64,000 nt of DNA, taken from contig CAYUSO010000002.1 in the NCBI GenBank assembly GCA_964447395.1, positions 3,341 through 67,340 on the forward strand, read 5' to 3'. Both the position numbers and the translations under genes were made by a program. Positions within the stretch are counted from its first letter, which is position 1; each line of letters starts with the position of its first letter. Below the pieces are notes generated by a model. The model was not told where the DNA came from, did no database searches, and saw nothing but the letters and a program-made list of their open reading frames with translations. Origin of the DNA: an uncultured Rhizobium sp. GTDB lineage: Bacteria; Pseudomonadota; Alphaproteobacteria; Rickettsiales; UBA1997. This document shows positions 38,112-47,116 of the stretch, one piece after another.

Positions 38112-40601
38112 ATGTTTATTCCTCTTCGCAATCACACAACCTACTCGCTTTGCAAAGGTGCAATTAAAATTCCTGATTTAATCGATGCGGCTAAAGCCTT
38201 TAAAATGGCGGCTTTGGGCATTATGGATTCACAAAATCTTTTTGCAGCTTTGGAATTTTCTTCGGCTTGTAAAAAGGCGGGAATTCAACCGATTCTTGGC
38301 TGCGAGATGTTGGTGAATTTTTCTGCGCGTGAGCAAAAAAATCTTTCCAATTTAGATATCGAAAACTCCCTGGCCCAGCTACCATTGATTGCGCGAGATG
38401 AGGAAGGCTATAAAAATTTAATGTTTCTCGTCAGTCACTCATTTTTAAATCGCAAAAGTGGGCTTTCACCGCACATCGATTTCGCTTTGCTGAAAGAAAA
38501 ATCTGCAGGATTAATCGCACTTTCAGGAGGTGTTGAAGGCATAATTGGCAAGCTTCTAACTAGTGAGCAGGAAAAAAATCTCGAAGAAGTTATCGCAGAA
38601 TTATCGCGAATTTTTCCGCAAAATTTTTACATTGAAATCACGCGACATGGCACAGAACTCGAAAATAAACTCGAAGAAAAATTCATCGAACTCGCCTTCA
38701 AACACTCTCTACCACTGATCGCAACCAATGATGTTTATTTTCTCACGCGCGAAATGCACGAAGCGCAAGATATTTTAACTTGCGTTGGCGAAGGCAAAAT
38801 TTTCGTCGAAGAAAATCGTAAAAAAAATTCTCCAGAACAATTTTTTAAAAGTCAGGAAGAGCTTGAAGCCTTATTTAGTGACATTCCCGAGGCAATTGAA
38901 AATAGCGTCAACATTGCAAAAAAATGTCATTCAATGGCATTTGAGCGCGGCCCAACTTTGCCGAAATTTAGCAATGAAGAAAATTTCAGCGAAGAAAATG
39001 AATTAAAAAATCAAGCGGCCGAAGGCTTGAAAATCAGGCTGGCGCGCAAGTTTGAACTCGAAGAAACTCCGCAAGAAAAACGCGCTGAAATCGAAAAAGA
39101 ATATTTCGCACGACTGGATTTTGAGCTTTCAGTAATCATCAAAATGAATTTCTCCGGATATTTTTTAATCGTCTCCGATTTTATAAAATGGGCAAAAAAT
39201 AATGAAATTCCCGTTGGGCCTGGAAGAGGCTCTGGCGCTGGCTCAATCGTAGCTTGGTCGCTGCAAATTACTGATCTTGATCCAATTCGTTTCGGCTTGC
39301 TTTTCGAAAGATTTTTAAATCCTGATCGCGTTTCAATGCCAGATTTTGACATCGATTTTTGCCAGTCACGCCGCGATGAAGTGATCGATTACGTGCAGCA
39401 AAAATATGGCAAAGATTATGTCGCACAAATCATCACTTTCGGAAAATTGCAAGCCCGCGCAGTCTTGAAAGACGTGGGTCGCGTGTTGCAAATGCCTTAC
39501 AATCAAGTTGATCGAATTTGCAAATTGATTCCCTTTAACGCTATCGAAGCTGTCACTTTGGAAAAAGCAATTGAGATGGATAAAGACTTGCAGCAAGCCA
39601 TTCGCGAAGATCCGCAAGTGACAAAATTGGTTGATATTGGATTGAAATTGGAAGGTTTAAATCGCCACGCTTCAACTCACGCAGCCGGTGTGGTTATTGG
39701 TGACAAACCACTTCGCGAAATTTGCGCACTTTACAATGATGATGGCGGAACCATGTCCGCCGTCGGCTATTCGATGAAATATGCGGAAGCCGCCGGACTA
39801 GTAAAATTCGACTTTCTTGGACTCAAAACCCTAACCACAATTTTTGAAACCGTGAAATTGGTGGAAAAAATCCGCGGCATAAAAATCGACATTTCCAACC
39901 TCAAACTCGACGATAAACAAACATTCGAAATGCTTGCCACTGGCGACTCCATTGGCGTTTTCCAAATTGAATCTTCTGGAATGCGCTCGGTTCTTCGTCA
40001 AATGAAAGCCGATAAAATTGAGGATATTATCGCGCTGATTTCACTTTATCGCCCGGGCCCGATGGACAACATTCCAACCTACATTCGCCGCAAACATGGC
40101 GAAGAAAAAATCACCTACCCTCACCCACTTTTAGAACAAACTTTGAGAGAAACTTACGGCGTAATTGTTTATCAAGAACAAGTGATGGAAATCGCCAAAG
40201 TTCTTGCTGGATATAGCCTTGGAGCTGCAGATTTATTGCGTCGCGCCATGGGTAAAAAAATTAAAGAAGAGATGGATCAACAGCGTGCAATTTTTGTTGA
40301 AGGAGCAAAGAAAAATAAAATTGACGAACGTCAAGCATCAGAAATTTTTGACCTTGTCGATAAGTTTGCTGGCTACGGCTTCAATAAATCTCACGCTGCC
40401 GCTTACGCGATGATTTCCTATCAAACTGCATTTTTAAAAGCGCATTTCTTGCCAGAATTTTTAACTGCTTCGATCAATCTCGAAATCGACAACACCGATA
40501 AAATTAACATTTTTTTGCAAGTGGCAAAAAGCCATAAAATTCCTGTTCTACCGCCAGATTTGAACATGAGTGAGGCCTATTTTTCGATTGAAAGGATTTA
40601 A
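38112..40601 (+). CDS. dnaE: DNA polymerase III alpha subunit, N-terminal 829 aa only
   Basis: PHP domain, GPGRGSGAGS, SMPDFDIDF, KFDFLGL, YGFNKSHA; ends after LPPDLN.S..F. Confidence 0.93.
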   Translation: MFIPLRNHTTYSLCKGAIKIPDLIDAAKAFKMAALGIMDSQNLFAALEFSSACKKAGIQPILGCEMLVNFSAREQKNLSNLDIENSLAQLPLIARDEEGYKNLMFLVSHSFLNRKSGLSPHIDFALLKEKSAGLIALSGGVEGIIGKLLTSEQEKNLEEVIAELSRIFPQNFYIEITRHGTELENKLEEKFIELAFKHSLPLIATNDVYFLTREMHEAQDILTCVGEGKIFVEENRKKNSPEQFFKSQEELEALFSDIPEAIENSVNIAKKCHSMAFERGPTLPKFSNEENFSEENELKNQAAEGLKIRLARKFELEETPQEKRAEIEKEYFARLDFELSVIIKMNFSGYFLIVSDFIKWAKNNEIPVGPGRGSGAGSIVAWSLQITDLDPIRFGLLFERFLNPDRVSMPDFDIDFCQSRRDEVIDYVQQKYGKDYVAQIITFGKLQARAVLKDVGRVLQMPYNQVDRICKLIPFNAIEAVTLEKAIEMDKDLQQAIREDPQVTKLVDIGLKLEGLNRHASTHAAGVVIGDKPLREICALYNDDGGTMSAVGYSMKYAEAAGLVKFDFLGLKTLTTIFETVKLVEKIRGIKIDISNLKLDDKQTFEMLATGDSIGVFQIESSGMRSVLRQMKADKIEDIIALISLYRPGPMDNIPTYIRRKHGEEKITYPHPLLEQTLRETYGVIVYQEQVMEIAKVLAGYSLGAADLLRRAMGKKIKEEMDQQRAIFVEGAKKNKIDERQASEIFDLVDKFAGYGFNKSHAAAYAMISYQTAFLKAHFLPEFLTASINLEIDNTDKINIFLQVAKSHKIPVLPPDLNMSEAYFSIERI

Positions 40602-40613
40602 GAATTTGAATCA

Positions 40614-40701
40614 CCCCTCGGCGACGCGCTTTCGCGCTTTGCTCGGGGAACTAAAAAATATTCAGCTCCCCGAGCAAAGGCCGCAGGCCGTCGTCGAGGG
40701 G
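40614..40701. repeat. REP-like family A variant, arms in outward order
   Basis: cccctcggcgacgcgctttcgcgctttgctcggggaact ... agctccccgagcaaaggccgcaggccgtcgtcgagggg. Confidence 0.88.
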
Positions 40702-40707
40702 CGTAAT

Positions 40708-41001
40708 TTATCGATGTTTCTCTAAACAACTATCGCCCTCTGCAGCCATACAGCAACTGTAATCCCAACTTTCGCGCAAAATTCCTTCATCCTTGGCGAA
40801 AGATTTGGCGAGTAGTTTGCAAGAACTCAAACCCGAAACTTCTCCCAAGGTGATTTCTTTTTGATTCGGGTAAATAAATTGCACATTGTAATTCGCCTTT
40901 TCGACCTCCATACAGGAAAATTTTGAATAAGATTTGCACTCATCGCGACAAGCAAATAGCACCATCGCCATCAAAAGAATCGAACCGATAAATTTTAACA
41001 T
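40708..41001 (-). CDS. Small Cys-rich lipoprotein
   Basis: Lipobox LFAC plus six further Cys. Confidence 0.7.
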   Translation of the reverse strand: MLKFIGSILLMAMVLFACRDECKSYSKFSCMEVEKANYNVQFIYPNQKEITLGEVSGLSSCKLLAKSFAKDEGILRESWDYSCCMAAEGDSCLEKHR

Positions 41002-41060
41002 AGAACCTCAAAAAAATATTTCGTTCTAGAACAAAAACTAGAACATAGAAATAATGTTCT
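41001..41060. promoter_or_regulatory. Cluster of GAAC/GTTC half-sites, putative LexA operator
   Basis: TAGAAC x3, GTTCTAGAAC, AGAACAT-N7-ATGTTCT (41040-41060). Confidence 0.45.
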
Positions 41061-41108
41061 TGTGTTTTTTAAGAAGGCAAGAAAAAATTTAATTCCCCCA
41101 AGATTGAC

Positions 41109-41176
41109 CTCCCCGAGCGGAGTCGAGGGGGAATTTTATGCAAAATCGCGCCCCCTCGACTCCGCTCGGGGAACTA
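41109..41176. repeat. REP-like family A
   Basis: ctccccgagcggagtcgagggg ... cccctcgactccgctcggggaact. Confidence 0.9.
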
Positions 41177-41189
41177 AATTTTTTTACTT

Positions 41190-41801
41190 ATGAAAGAAAA
41201 ACTCCACCCGCTCCAACAAAAACTCCTCAAACTTCTTACAAAAAACATCGACGATCCGCTCACGATTCGTGCGATGCAAGATCATCTCGGAGCCTCATCC
41301 ACCAGTGTTGTGGCTCATCATTTGGCACAGCTGGAAAAAAAAGGTCTGCTCAAAAAAAATCCCTACAATCCGAAAGATTATCAGGTTTTGCAAACTCCCG
41401 AACGCGGCATCACTTATCTCAATCTTTATGGCCTGGCGCAATGCGGTCCGAAAGGCTCGCTGCTTGATGGCGATGTCATTGATCGCATCGCAATTTCAAC
41501 AAAACTTTTAACTTTTTCCGCCGAAGATGCCTTCATGGTGAAGGCGCGCGGAGACTCGATGGAACCCAAAATTAACGATGGCGATTTCGTCATCGCCAAA
41601 AAAACTCCCAGCGCTTCTGATGGCGAAATCGTCGTCTGCGTCAATGACGGCGAGGCTTTGGTCAAAAAAATAAAAAAATCCGAAAAAGATCACATCCTCA
41701 TCTCACTAAACCACGAATACCAACCCTTCATCGCCAATCGCAAAAATTTTCATATTGAAGGCGTGGTGAAAGGCGTGATTAGCAATAAATTTTTCAACTA
41801 G
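41190..41801 (+). CDS. lexA: LexA-family repressor with S24 peptidase domain
   Basis: wHTH (SSTSVVAHHL..LEKKG), Cys-Gly cleavage site (AQCG), GDSM Ser, VKK Lys. Confidence 0.85.
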   Translation: MKEKLHPLQQKLLKLLTKNIDDPLTIRAMQDHLGASSTSVVAHHLAQLEKKGLLKKNPYNPKDYQVLQTPERGITYLNLYGLAQCGPKGSLLDGDVIDRIAISTKLLTFSAEDAFMVKARGDSMEPKINDGDFVIAKKTPSASDGEIVVCVNDGEALVKKIKKSEKDHILISLNHEYQPFIANRKNFHIEGVVKGVISNKFFN

Positions 41802-41818
41802 ATCAACAGGAGCACACC

Positions 41819-42817
41819 ATGAAAAAACCGGCAGAAATCGTTATTTACAAAAATCAAAATGGGGAGAATCAGATCGAGGTTAATCTTCAAAATGAAACCT
41901 TGTGGCTTTCCTTAAATCAAATTTCAGAACTATTCGATACTGATAAATCAGGTATTTCACGACATATCAAAAATATTTTTTTAGAAAAAGAATTAGATCA
42001 AAAAGCAACTGTTGCAAAAACTGCAACAGTTCAAATTGAAGGAAGTCGGCATATAACGCGAGATATAGAGCACTTTAATCTCGATGTTATTTTATCAGTC
42101 GGATACCGCGTCAACTCTAAGCGCGCCACGCAATTTCGCGTTTGGGCAACTTCGATTTTAAAAGATCATCTCGTCAAAGGTTTCACCATTAATCAAAAAC
42201 GTCTCGGCGAAACTGGCCTCGCAGAATTTGAAGAAACGATCGCTTTGGTAAAAAAAGTTATCAGTTCCAAGCAGCTCGAAAGTAGCGAGGCTCAAGGCCT
42301 GCTCGACATAATCACTGGCTATTCCCAAAGTTGGTTGCTCTTGCAAAAGTATGATGAGGCACAAATTGAAGCGCCAAAAAAATCACTAAAATCGAGAAAA
42401 ATTTTAAAATATTCTGATGCGACAAATGCAATAACAGAGCTGAAGCGTGAGCTTTTAAGAAAAAAAGAAGCATCTGATCTTTTTGGTCGCGAAAGAGAAA
42501 AATCTTTGGCCGGAATTATTGCTTCAATTTACCAAACTTTTGGCGGTAAAGAACTTTATCCGAGCATTGCTGAAAAGGCTTCAAACCTGCTTTACTTCAT
42601 CATCAAAGATCATCCATTTTCTGACAGAAATAAACGCATTGGCGCATTTTTATTCATCGTTTTTTTAGCAAAAAATAACTATCTTTTGCGCAGAAATGGT
42701 GAGAAAAAAATCAACGACAACACCCTTGTTGCCGTTGCTCTGCTCATTGCTGAGAGCAATCCAAAACAAAAAGATTTGCTCACAAAATTGGTGATGAATT
42801 TTTTAAGCGAGAAGTGA
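41819..42817 (+). CDS. RhuM-family protein with C-terminal Fic/Doc domain
   Basis: ETLWLS..QI.ELF, NLDVILSVGYRVNS.RATQFR.WAT; HPFSDRNKRIG; RBS AGGAG. Confidence 0.9.
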   Translation: MKKPAEIVIYKNQNGENQIEVNLQNETLWLSLNQISELFDTDKSGISRHIKNIFLEKELDQKATVAKTATVQIEGSRHITRDIEHFNLDVILSVGYRVNSKRATQFRVWATSILKDHLVKGFTINQKRLGETGLAEFEETIALVKKVISSKQLESSEAQGLLDIITGYSQSWLLLQKYDEAQIEAPKKSLKSRKILKYSDATNAITELKRELLRKKEASDLFGREREKSLAGIIASIYQTFGGKELYPSIAEKASNLLYFIIKDHPFSDRNKRIGAFLFIVFLAKNNYLLRRNGEKKINDNTLVAVALLIAESNPKQKDLLTKLVMNFLSEK

Positions 42818-42818
42818 T

Positions 42819-45800
42819 TTGGACTATAAAATAAAACTAAAAAACATTCGTGAATCATGCCTTCTAATCAAAACCCCTGCGGATGCGCATGGTTTTTTGG
42901 CTGCTGAAATTTCTAAAAATTTTAGCGAATCTGATATTCTTTTTATCGCGCAAAATGAGACAGAAGCTGAGTTCATTCAAAAACAAATCGCATTTTTTTC
43001 TCCTGAAATTTCGCTGCTAAATTTTTATGCTTGGGATTGCCTTCCCTACGATCGCGCCTCACCAAAACCTTTGATTCTGGCTAACAGAATCAAAACGCTT
43101 TCGCGCCTTGTCACCCGCGCCGAAGGAGAAAAATTCTTTATCATCACTTCGATAAATTCGCTGCTGCAAAAAAACGTTGCGCCCTCGCAAATCAAGGGCT
43201 TGGGGCTTTATTTGGAAATTGGCAGCAAAATTTCTCTCGATGAAATCGCCGCATTTTTAATCGCCAAAGGTTATAGCCGCGAGGCTTGTGCCAACAATGT
43301 CGGCGAGTTTGCCATGCGTGGCGGAATTGTTGATGTCGTCATGCAATTGGCTGGAGATTTAATCGGTTATCGCATTGATTTTTTCGGCAATGAAGTTGAG
43401 TCGATTAAAACTTTTGATCCCATCACGCAAATCACGCATGAAGCGGTGCGCAGCCTTGAACTTCTCCCCGCTTCGGAAGTGATTATGAGCAAAAAAACCG
43501 TCGAAAATTTCCGCCAAAAATATCGCGAAAATTTCGGTGGCGCCGCACTCGAAGATCAACTCTATTCCGCCATTTCCGAAATGCGTTCCTACCCAGGAAT
43601 GGAGCATTGGCTGCCGTTTTTTTACGAAGAAAATTTGGTCAGTTTTTTTGATTATCTCAAAAATCCCGTCGCTTTCTTTTCCGAAAAAATTTTCGATTCC
43701 GCCAAATATCGCGAAGAGTTGGTGAATGAATATTATCAAGCGCGCCTTACGGAGATGAAGATCAAAGATGGTTCGATTTACAATCCAATCGCGCCTGATC
43801 TGCTTTATTTTTCCGCCGCCGAATTCAAAAAAAATCTCGAAAAAAATATCACGATTGAATTCAAGCAATTCGATTGCGAGGAAAAAAATTGCCGAATTTT
43901 AGATTTAGAAATCAAGCCGGTCCCAGATTTCGCGCTGGCTGGTAGAACTAACAAAAAAGATCCGATTGAGCTGATGAGAGAGTTTGTTGGCACAGATTTG
44001 CACAAAAAAGCTGCCATCGCTTGTCTCACTGAAGCCTTTCGCGATCGCATTTCAAAAATATTTTTTGATTACGGAATCAGTGCGCAGGAAGTAAAAAATT
44101 TCTCCGAAGTAAAAAATATAAAATCTGGAAAAGCCGCGACATTCGTGCTGCCAACGCATTTCGGATTTTACACTTCCGATTTATTTTTTATCGGCGAGCA
44201 GGCAATTTTCGGCGAAAAAATCATCCGCAAGAAAATCAACAAAGCCGCGTCGCAGCGTTTAGTTGAAGAAGGTTTGAGCATCGCACTAGGCGAACTTGTT
44301 GTTCATCGCGATCACGGAATTGGAAGATTCGACGGCATAACTTCTGTTGCTGTTGATACGCCCCCCTCGTCACGCAACTTGCTCGCTCCGCTCACAAACG
44401 CGATGACCTCCCCCCTAAATAAGGGGGAAGGCTCACCACAACAATCGCAACGAGTATGCGTTGACATGATCAAAATCATCTACGGCGGCAATGACACGCT
44501 TTTTGTCCCCGTTGACGACATCAATCTCATCACACGCTACGGCGCTGATAATCCACTCATTCAACTCGATCGTCTTGGCGTTGCGGCGTGGAAAAATCGC
44601 AAGGAAAAAGTTCGCAAAAGAATCAAAGTTGCAGCGGAAGAGCTGTTGAAAATCGCGGCGGCGCGCCATTTGAAAAAAGCGCCAATCTTCACGCCCGATC
44701 AGCATTTTTACGACGAATTTAAAAACCGCTTCGGCTTCGTTGAAACTGACGACCAACTGCAAGCAATCGACGAAGTTGAGGAAGATTTGCGCAAAGGCTC
44801 ACCGATGGATCGTCTAATTTGCGGCGATGTTGGATTTGGGAAAACCGAGGTGGCGATGCGCGCGGCGGCATTAGTCGCGGCTCAACACTCGCCTCGCGGG
44901 ACTGAACTTAAAACTCCTTCTCAAATTGCGCTTGTTGCTCCAACCACCCTTCTCGTCCGCCAACATTACAAAAATTTTACCAAACGTTTCGAGGGAATGG
45001 GGATAAAAATTGCGCAGCTTTCGCGCCTCATTTCAACTGCTGATGCAAAAAAAACGCGCGAGGAAATCGAGTCTGGCGCGGTGCAAATCGCCATTGGAAC
45101 TCACGCAATTCTGCAGAAAAATATAAAATTTAAAAACCTCGCGCTCGTAATTATCGACGAAGAACAGCATTTCGGCGTCGCACAAAAAGAACGTCTGAAG
45201 GAGCTGCGAAACGAGGTTCACGTGCTAACGCTTTCCGCCACGCCAATTCCGCGCACGCTGCAAATGTCGCTCACCGGCGTTAAAGATTTGAGCCTGATTT
45301 CAACACCGCCGCTTGATCGTCTCGCGGTGCGCAATTTCGTCATGCCTTACGATTCAGTGATTGTGCGCGAGGCGGTGATGCGCGAACATAATCGCTCCGG
45401 ACGCGTGTTTTTTGTAGTTCCGCGCATTCGTGACATTGAGGAAATGGAGCCGCGTTTAAAAATTTTATTACCCGAACTCAAAATCACTCACGCCCACGGC
45501 CGCATGACGCCAAGCGAGCTCGATTCCATCATGAATGATTTTGTTGATGGCAAAATCGACGTGCTGCTTTCAACCACCATCATCGAGTCGGGAATCGATA
45601 TTTCCGAGGCCAACACCATGATCATCTACAAAGCCGACATGTTCGGCCTGTCGCAACTTTATCAACTTCGCGGCCGAGTCGGTCGTAGCAAGGTTCGCGG
45701 CTATTGTTATTTCATGCTCGATAATCGCAAACGCATCGCCGAAGAATCGAAGAAAAAACTCGAAGTGATGCAAAATTTAGATTCGCTCGGCGTCGGATTC

Positions 45801-46484
45801 ACCGTGGCCTCGCACGATATGGACATTCGCGGCAGCGGCAATTTGCTTGGCGACGAGCAATCTGGACACGTCAAGGAAACAGGAGTCGAGCTTTATCAGC
45901 AGATGCTTTTGGAGACGATTGAGGGGTTGAAGAATAAAAATTACCCCTCACCCCAACACTCTCCCACAAGGGGAGAGGGAGTTGCGCCGAATTCCGATCT
46001 AACCCCTTCTCCCCTTGTGGGAGAGGGTTGGGGTGAGGGGTCTCAAACCACCATCAAACTCAATATTTCTCTTCTCATTCCCGAAAATTACATATCCGAT
46101 TTAAGCTTGCGCATGAGCTTCTACAAAAAAATCGCTAGCATAAAAAATGATGAAGAACGCGACAATTTGCTCAACGAAATGACCGATCGTTTCGGAAAAA
46201 TTCCGTTAGAAATTTTAAATTTGATGGAAATCGCCAAGCTAAAACATCAATGCGCAAAGATAGGCGTAGAGCGGCTTGAAAGCATTTCAGATGGAATTTT
46301 AATCAGCTTTAAAAATAACAAATTTCAAAATCCCGATAAACTTCTCGCGATGATTTTTTCGAACAAAAATAGAATTAAACTTCACACTGGTCAGCGCGTT
46401 TTATTTTTACACGATTTCACTTCTTCGGAAAATAAAATTTCTTCAGCTTTCGCAGTAATTAAAAAATTAGAGGATTTGTTATGA
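42819..46484 (+). CDS. mfd: Transcription-repair coupling factor with in-frame insertions
   Basis: WDCLPYDR.SP, RGGIVD, VVH..HGIG, GDVGFGKT, DEEQHFG, QLRGRVGRS, DIRGSGNLLG.EQSG. Confidence 0.97.
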   Translation: MDYKIKLKNIRESCLLIKTPADAHGFLAAEISKNFSESDILFIAQNETEAEFIQKQIAFFSPEISLLNFYAWDCLPYDRASPKPLILANRIKTLSRLVTRAEGEKFFIITSINSLLQKNVAPSQIKGLGLYLEIGSKISLDEIAAFLIAKGYSREACANNVGEFAMRGGIVDVVMQLAGDLIGYRIDFFGNEVESIKTFDPITQITHEAVRSLELLPASEVIMSKKTVENFRQKYRENFGGAALEDQLYSAISEMRSYPGMEHWLPFFYEENLVSFFDYLKNPVAFFSEKIFDSAKYREELVNEYYQARLTEMKIKDGSIYNPIAPDLLYFSAAEFKKNLEKNITIEFKQFDCEEKNCRILDLEIKPVPDFALAGRTNKKDPIELMREFVGTDLHKKAAIACLTEAFRDRISKIFFDYGISAQEVKNFSEVKNIKSGKAATFVLPTHFGFYTSDLFFIGEQAIFGEKIIRKKINKAASQRLVEEGLSIALGELVVHRDHGIGRFDGITSVAVDTPPSSRNLLAPLTNAMTSPLNKGEGSPQQSQRVCVDMIKIIYGGNDTLFVPVDDINLITRYGADNPLIQLDRLGVAAWKNRKEKVRKRIKVAAEELLKIAAARHLKKAPIFTPDQHFYDEFKNRFGFVETDDQLQAIDEVEEDLRKGSPMDRLICGDVGFGKTEVAMRAAALVAAQHSPRGTELKTPSQIALVAPTTLLVRQHYKNFTKRFEGMGIKIAQLSRLISTADAKKTREEIESGAVQIAIGTHAILQKNIKFKNLALVIIDEEQHFGVAQKERLKELRNEVHVLTLSATPIPRTLQMSLTGVKDLSLISTPPLDRLAVRNFVMPYDSVIVREAVMREHNRSGRVFFVVPRIRDIEEMEPRLKILLPELKITHAHGRMTPSELDSIMNDFVDGKIDVLLSTTIIESGIDISEANTMIIYKADMFGLSQLYQLRGRVGRSKVRGYCYFMLDNRKRIAEESKKKLEVMQNLDSLGVGFTVASHDMDIRGSGNLLGDEQSGHVKETGVELYQQMLLETIEGLKNKNYPSPQHSPTRGEGVAPNSDLTPSPLVGEGWGEGSQTTIKLNISLLIPENYISDLSLRMSFYKKIASIKNDEERDNLLNEMTDRFGKIPLEILNLMEIAKLKHQCAKIGVERLESISDGILISFKNNKFQNPDKLLAMIFSNKNRIKLHTGQRVLFLHDFTSSENKISSAFAVIKKLEDLL
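44359..44432. repeat. Palindromic insert 1 in mfd
   Basis: cccctc-gtca-cgc...gcga-tgac-ctccccc-taaataa-gggggaag; encodes TPPSSRNLLAPLTNAMTSPLNKGEG. Confidence 0.75.
45943..46041. repeat. 99-bp palindromic insert 3 in mfd
   Basis: acccctcaccccaacactctcccacaaggggagaggg ... cccttctccccttgtgggagagggttggggtgaggggt. Confidence 0.92.
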
Positions 46485-47077
46485 AGCTAGCTGCCTTACT
46501 CTCTCTTGCCGCAATCGCTTTTTTGATTAGCGTAATGCTTCGCGTAAAAAAGGTTCAGAGCACAAAAAATTCCGAAGAAAAATCTCAAGAAAATTCACTT
46601 TCCGCCAAAGCTGAAGTGAGTTTGAAAATGAAGGAACTGAAAGAGCGCGCAGAAAAATCCGCCGGAATCAGACCGCAAAGCAATCAACAAAGAAATCTTG
46701 ATCGCGAAGTTGGCGGAACCGAAGAAGGAAAAAAAGGTTCCGAAAAAGAAAATGACGCACGCGTTGAAGCTCACATCAAAGATGTTTGGGATGAGCGCTC
46801 GGAAGAAGTTGATCGCATGGGATCCTTTAATCCATTAGCTGGAAGCGCTAAACAGGCGATGCTTTGGCTCAATAAAAAACGAAAATTAGATGCAAAAAAA
46901 CATGGAAATTCTGCCGAAATTTTAGGCGCAGCAAGTGCGATCAAAGCCAATCAGAAAAAGAATGTCGGCACAAATTTTAACAGCGCACTTGCAGGCGAGC
47001 AGGGAAATTTTATGCAAATGGTGAAAGCTAGACAAGATCACAGCAACGATTTTGGCGGCGGGAGAGGCGGGAGATAA
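46481..47077 (+). CDS. Membrane-anchored hypothetical protein
   Basis: N-terminal TM, charged body, start overlaps the mfd stop. Confidence 0.7.
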   Translation: MKLAALLSLAAIAFLISVMLRVKKVQSTKNSEEKSQENSLSAKAEVSLKMKELKERAEKSAGIRPQSNQQRNLDREVGGTEEGKKGSEKENDARVEAHIKDVWDERSEEVDRMGSFNPLAGSAKQAMLWLNKKRKLDAKKHGNSAEILGAASAIKANQKKNVGTNFNSALAGEQGNFMQMVKARQDHSNDFGGGRGGR

Positions 47078-47116
47078 ATTGCGATTATTTTTAACGACTA
47101 TCCCCTGACTCACAAT

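Noticed and set aside
40480..40710. Split intein or programmed frameshift in dnaE
   Set aside because: No intein N-terminal sequence after the polymerase part, and the downstream DNA is a repeat followed by a convergent gene
41029..41044. Canonical alphaproteobacterial SOS box
   Set aside because: Spacing is N8, not N7; kept only as a non-canonical candidate
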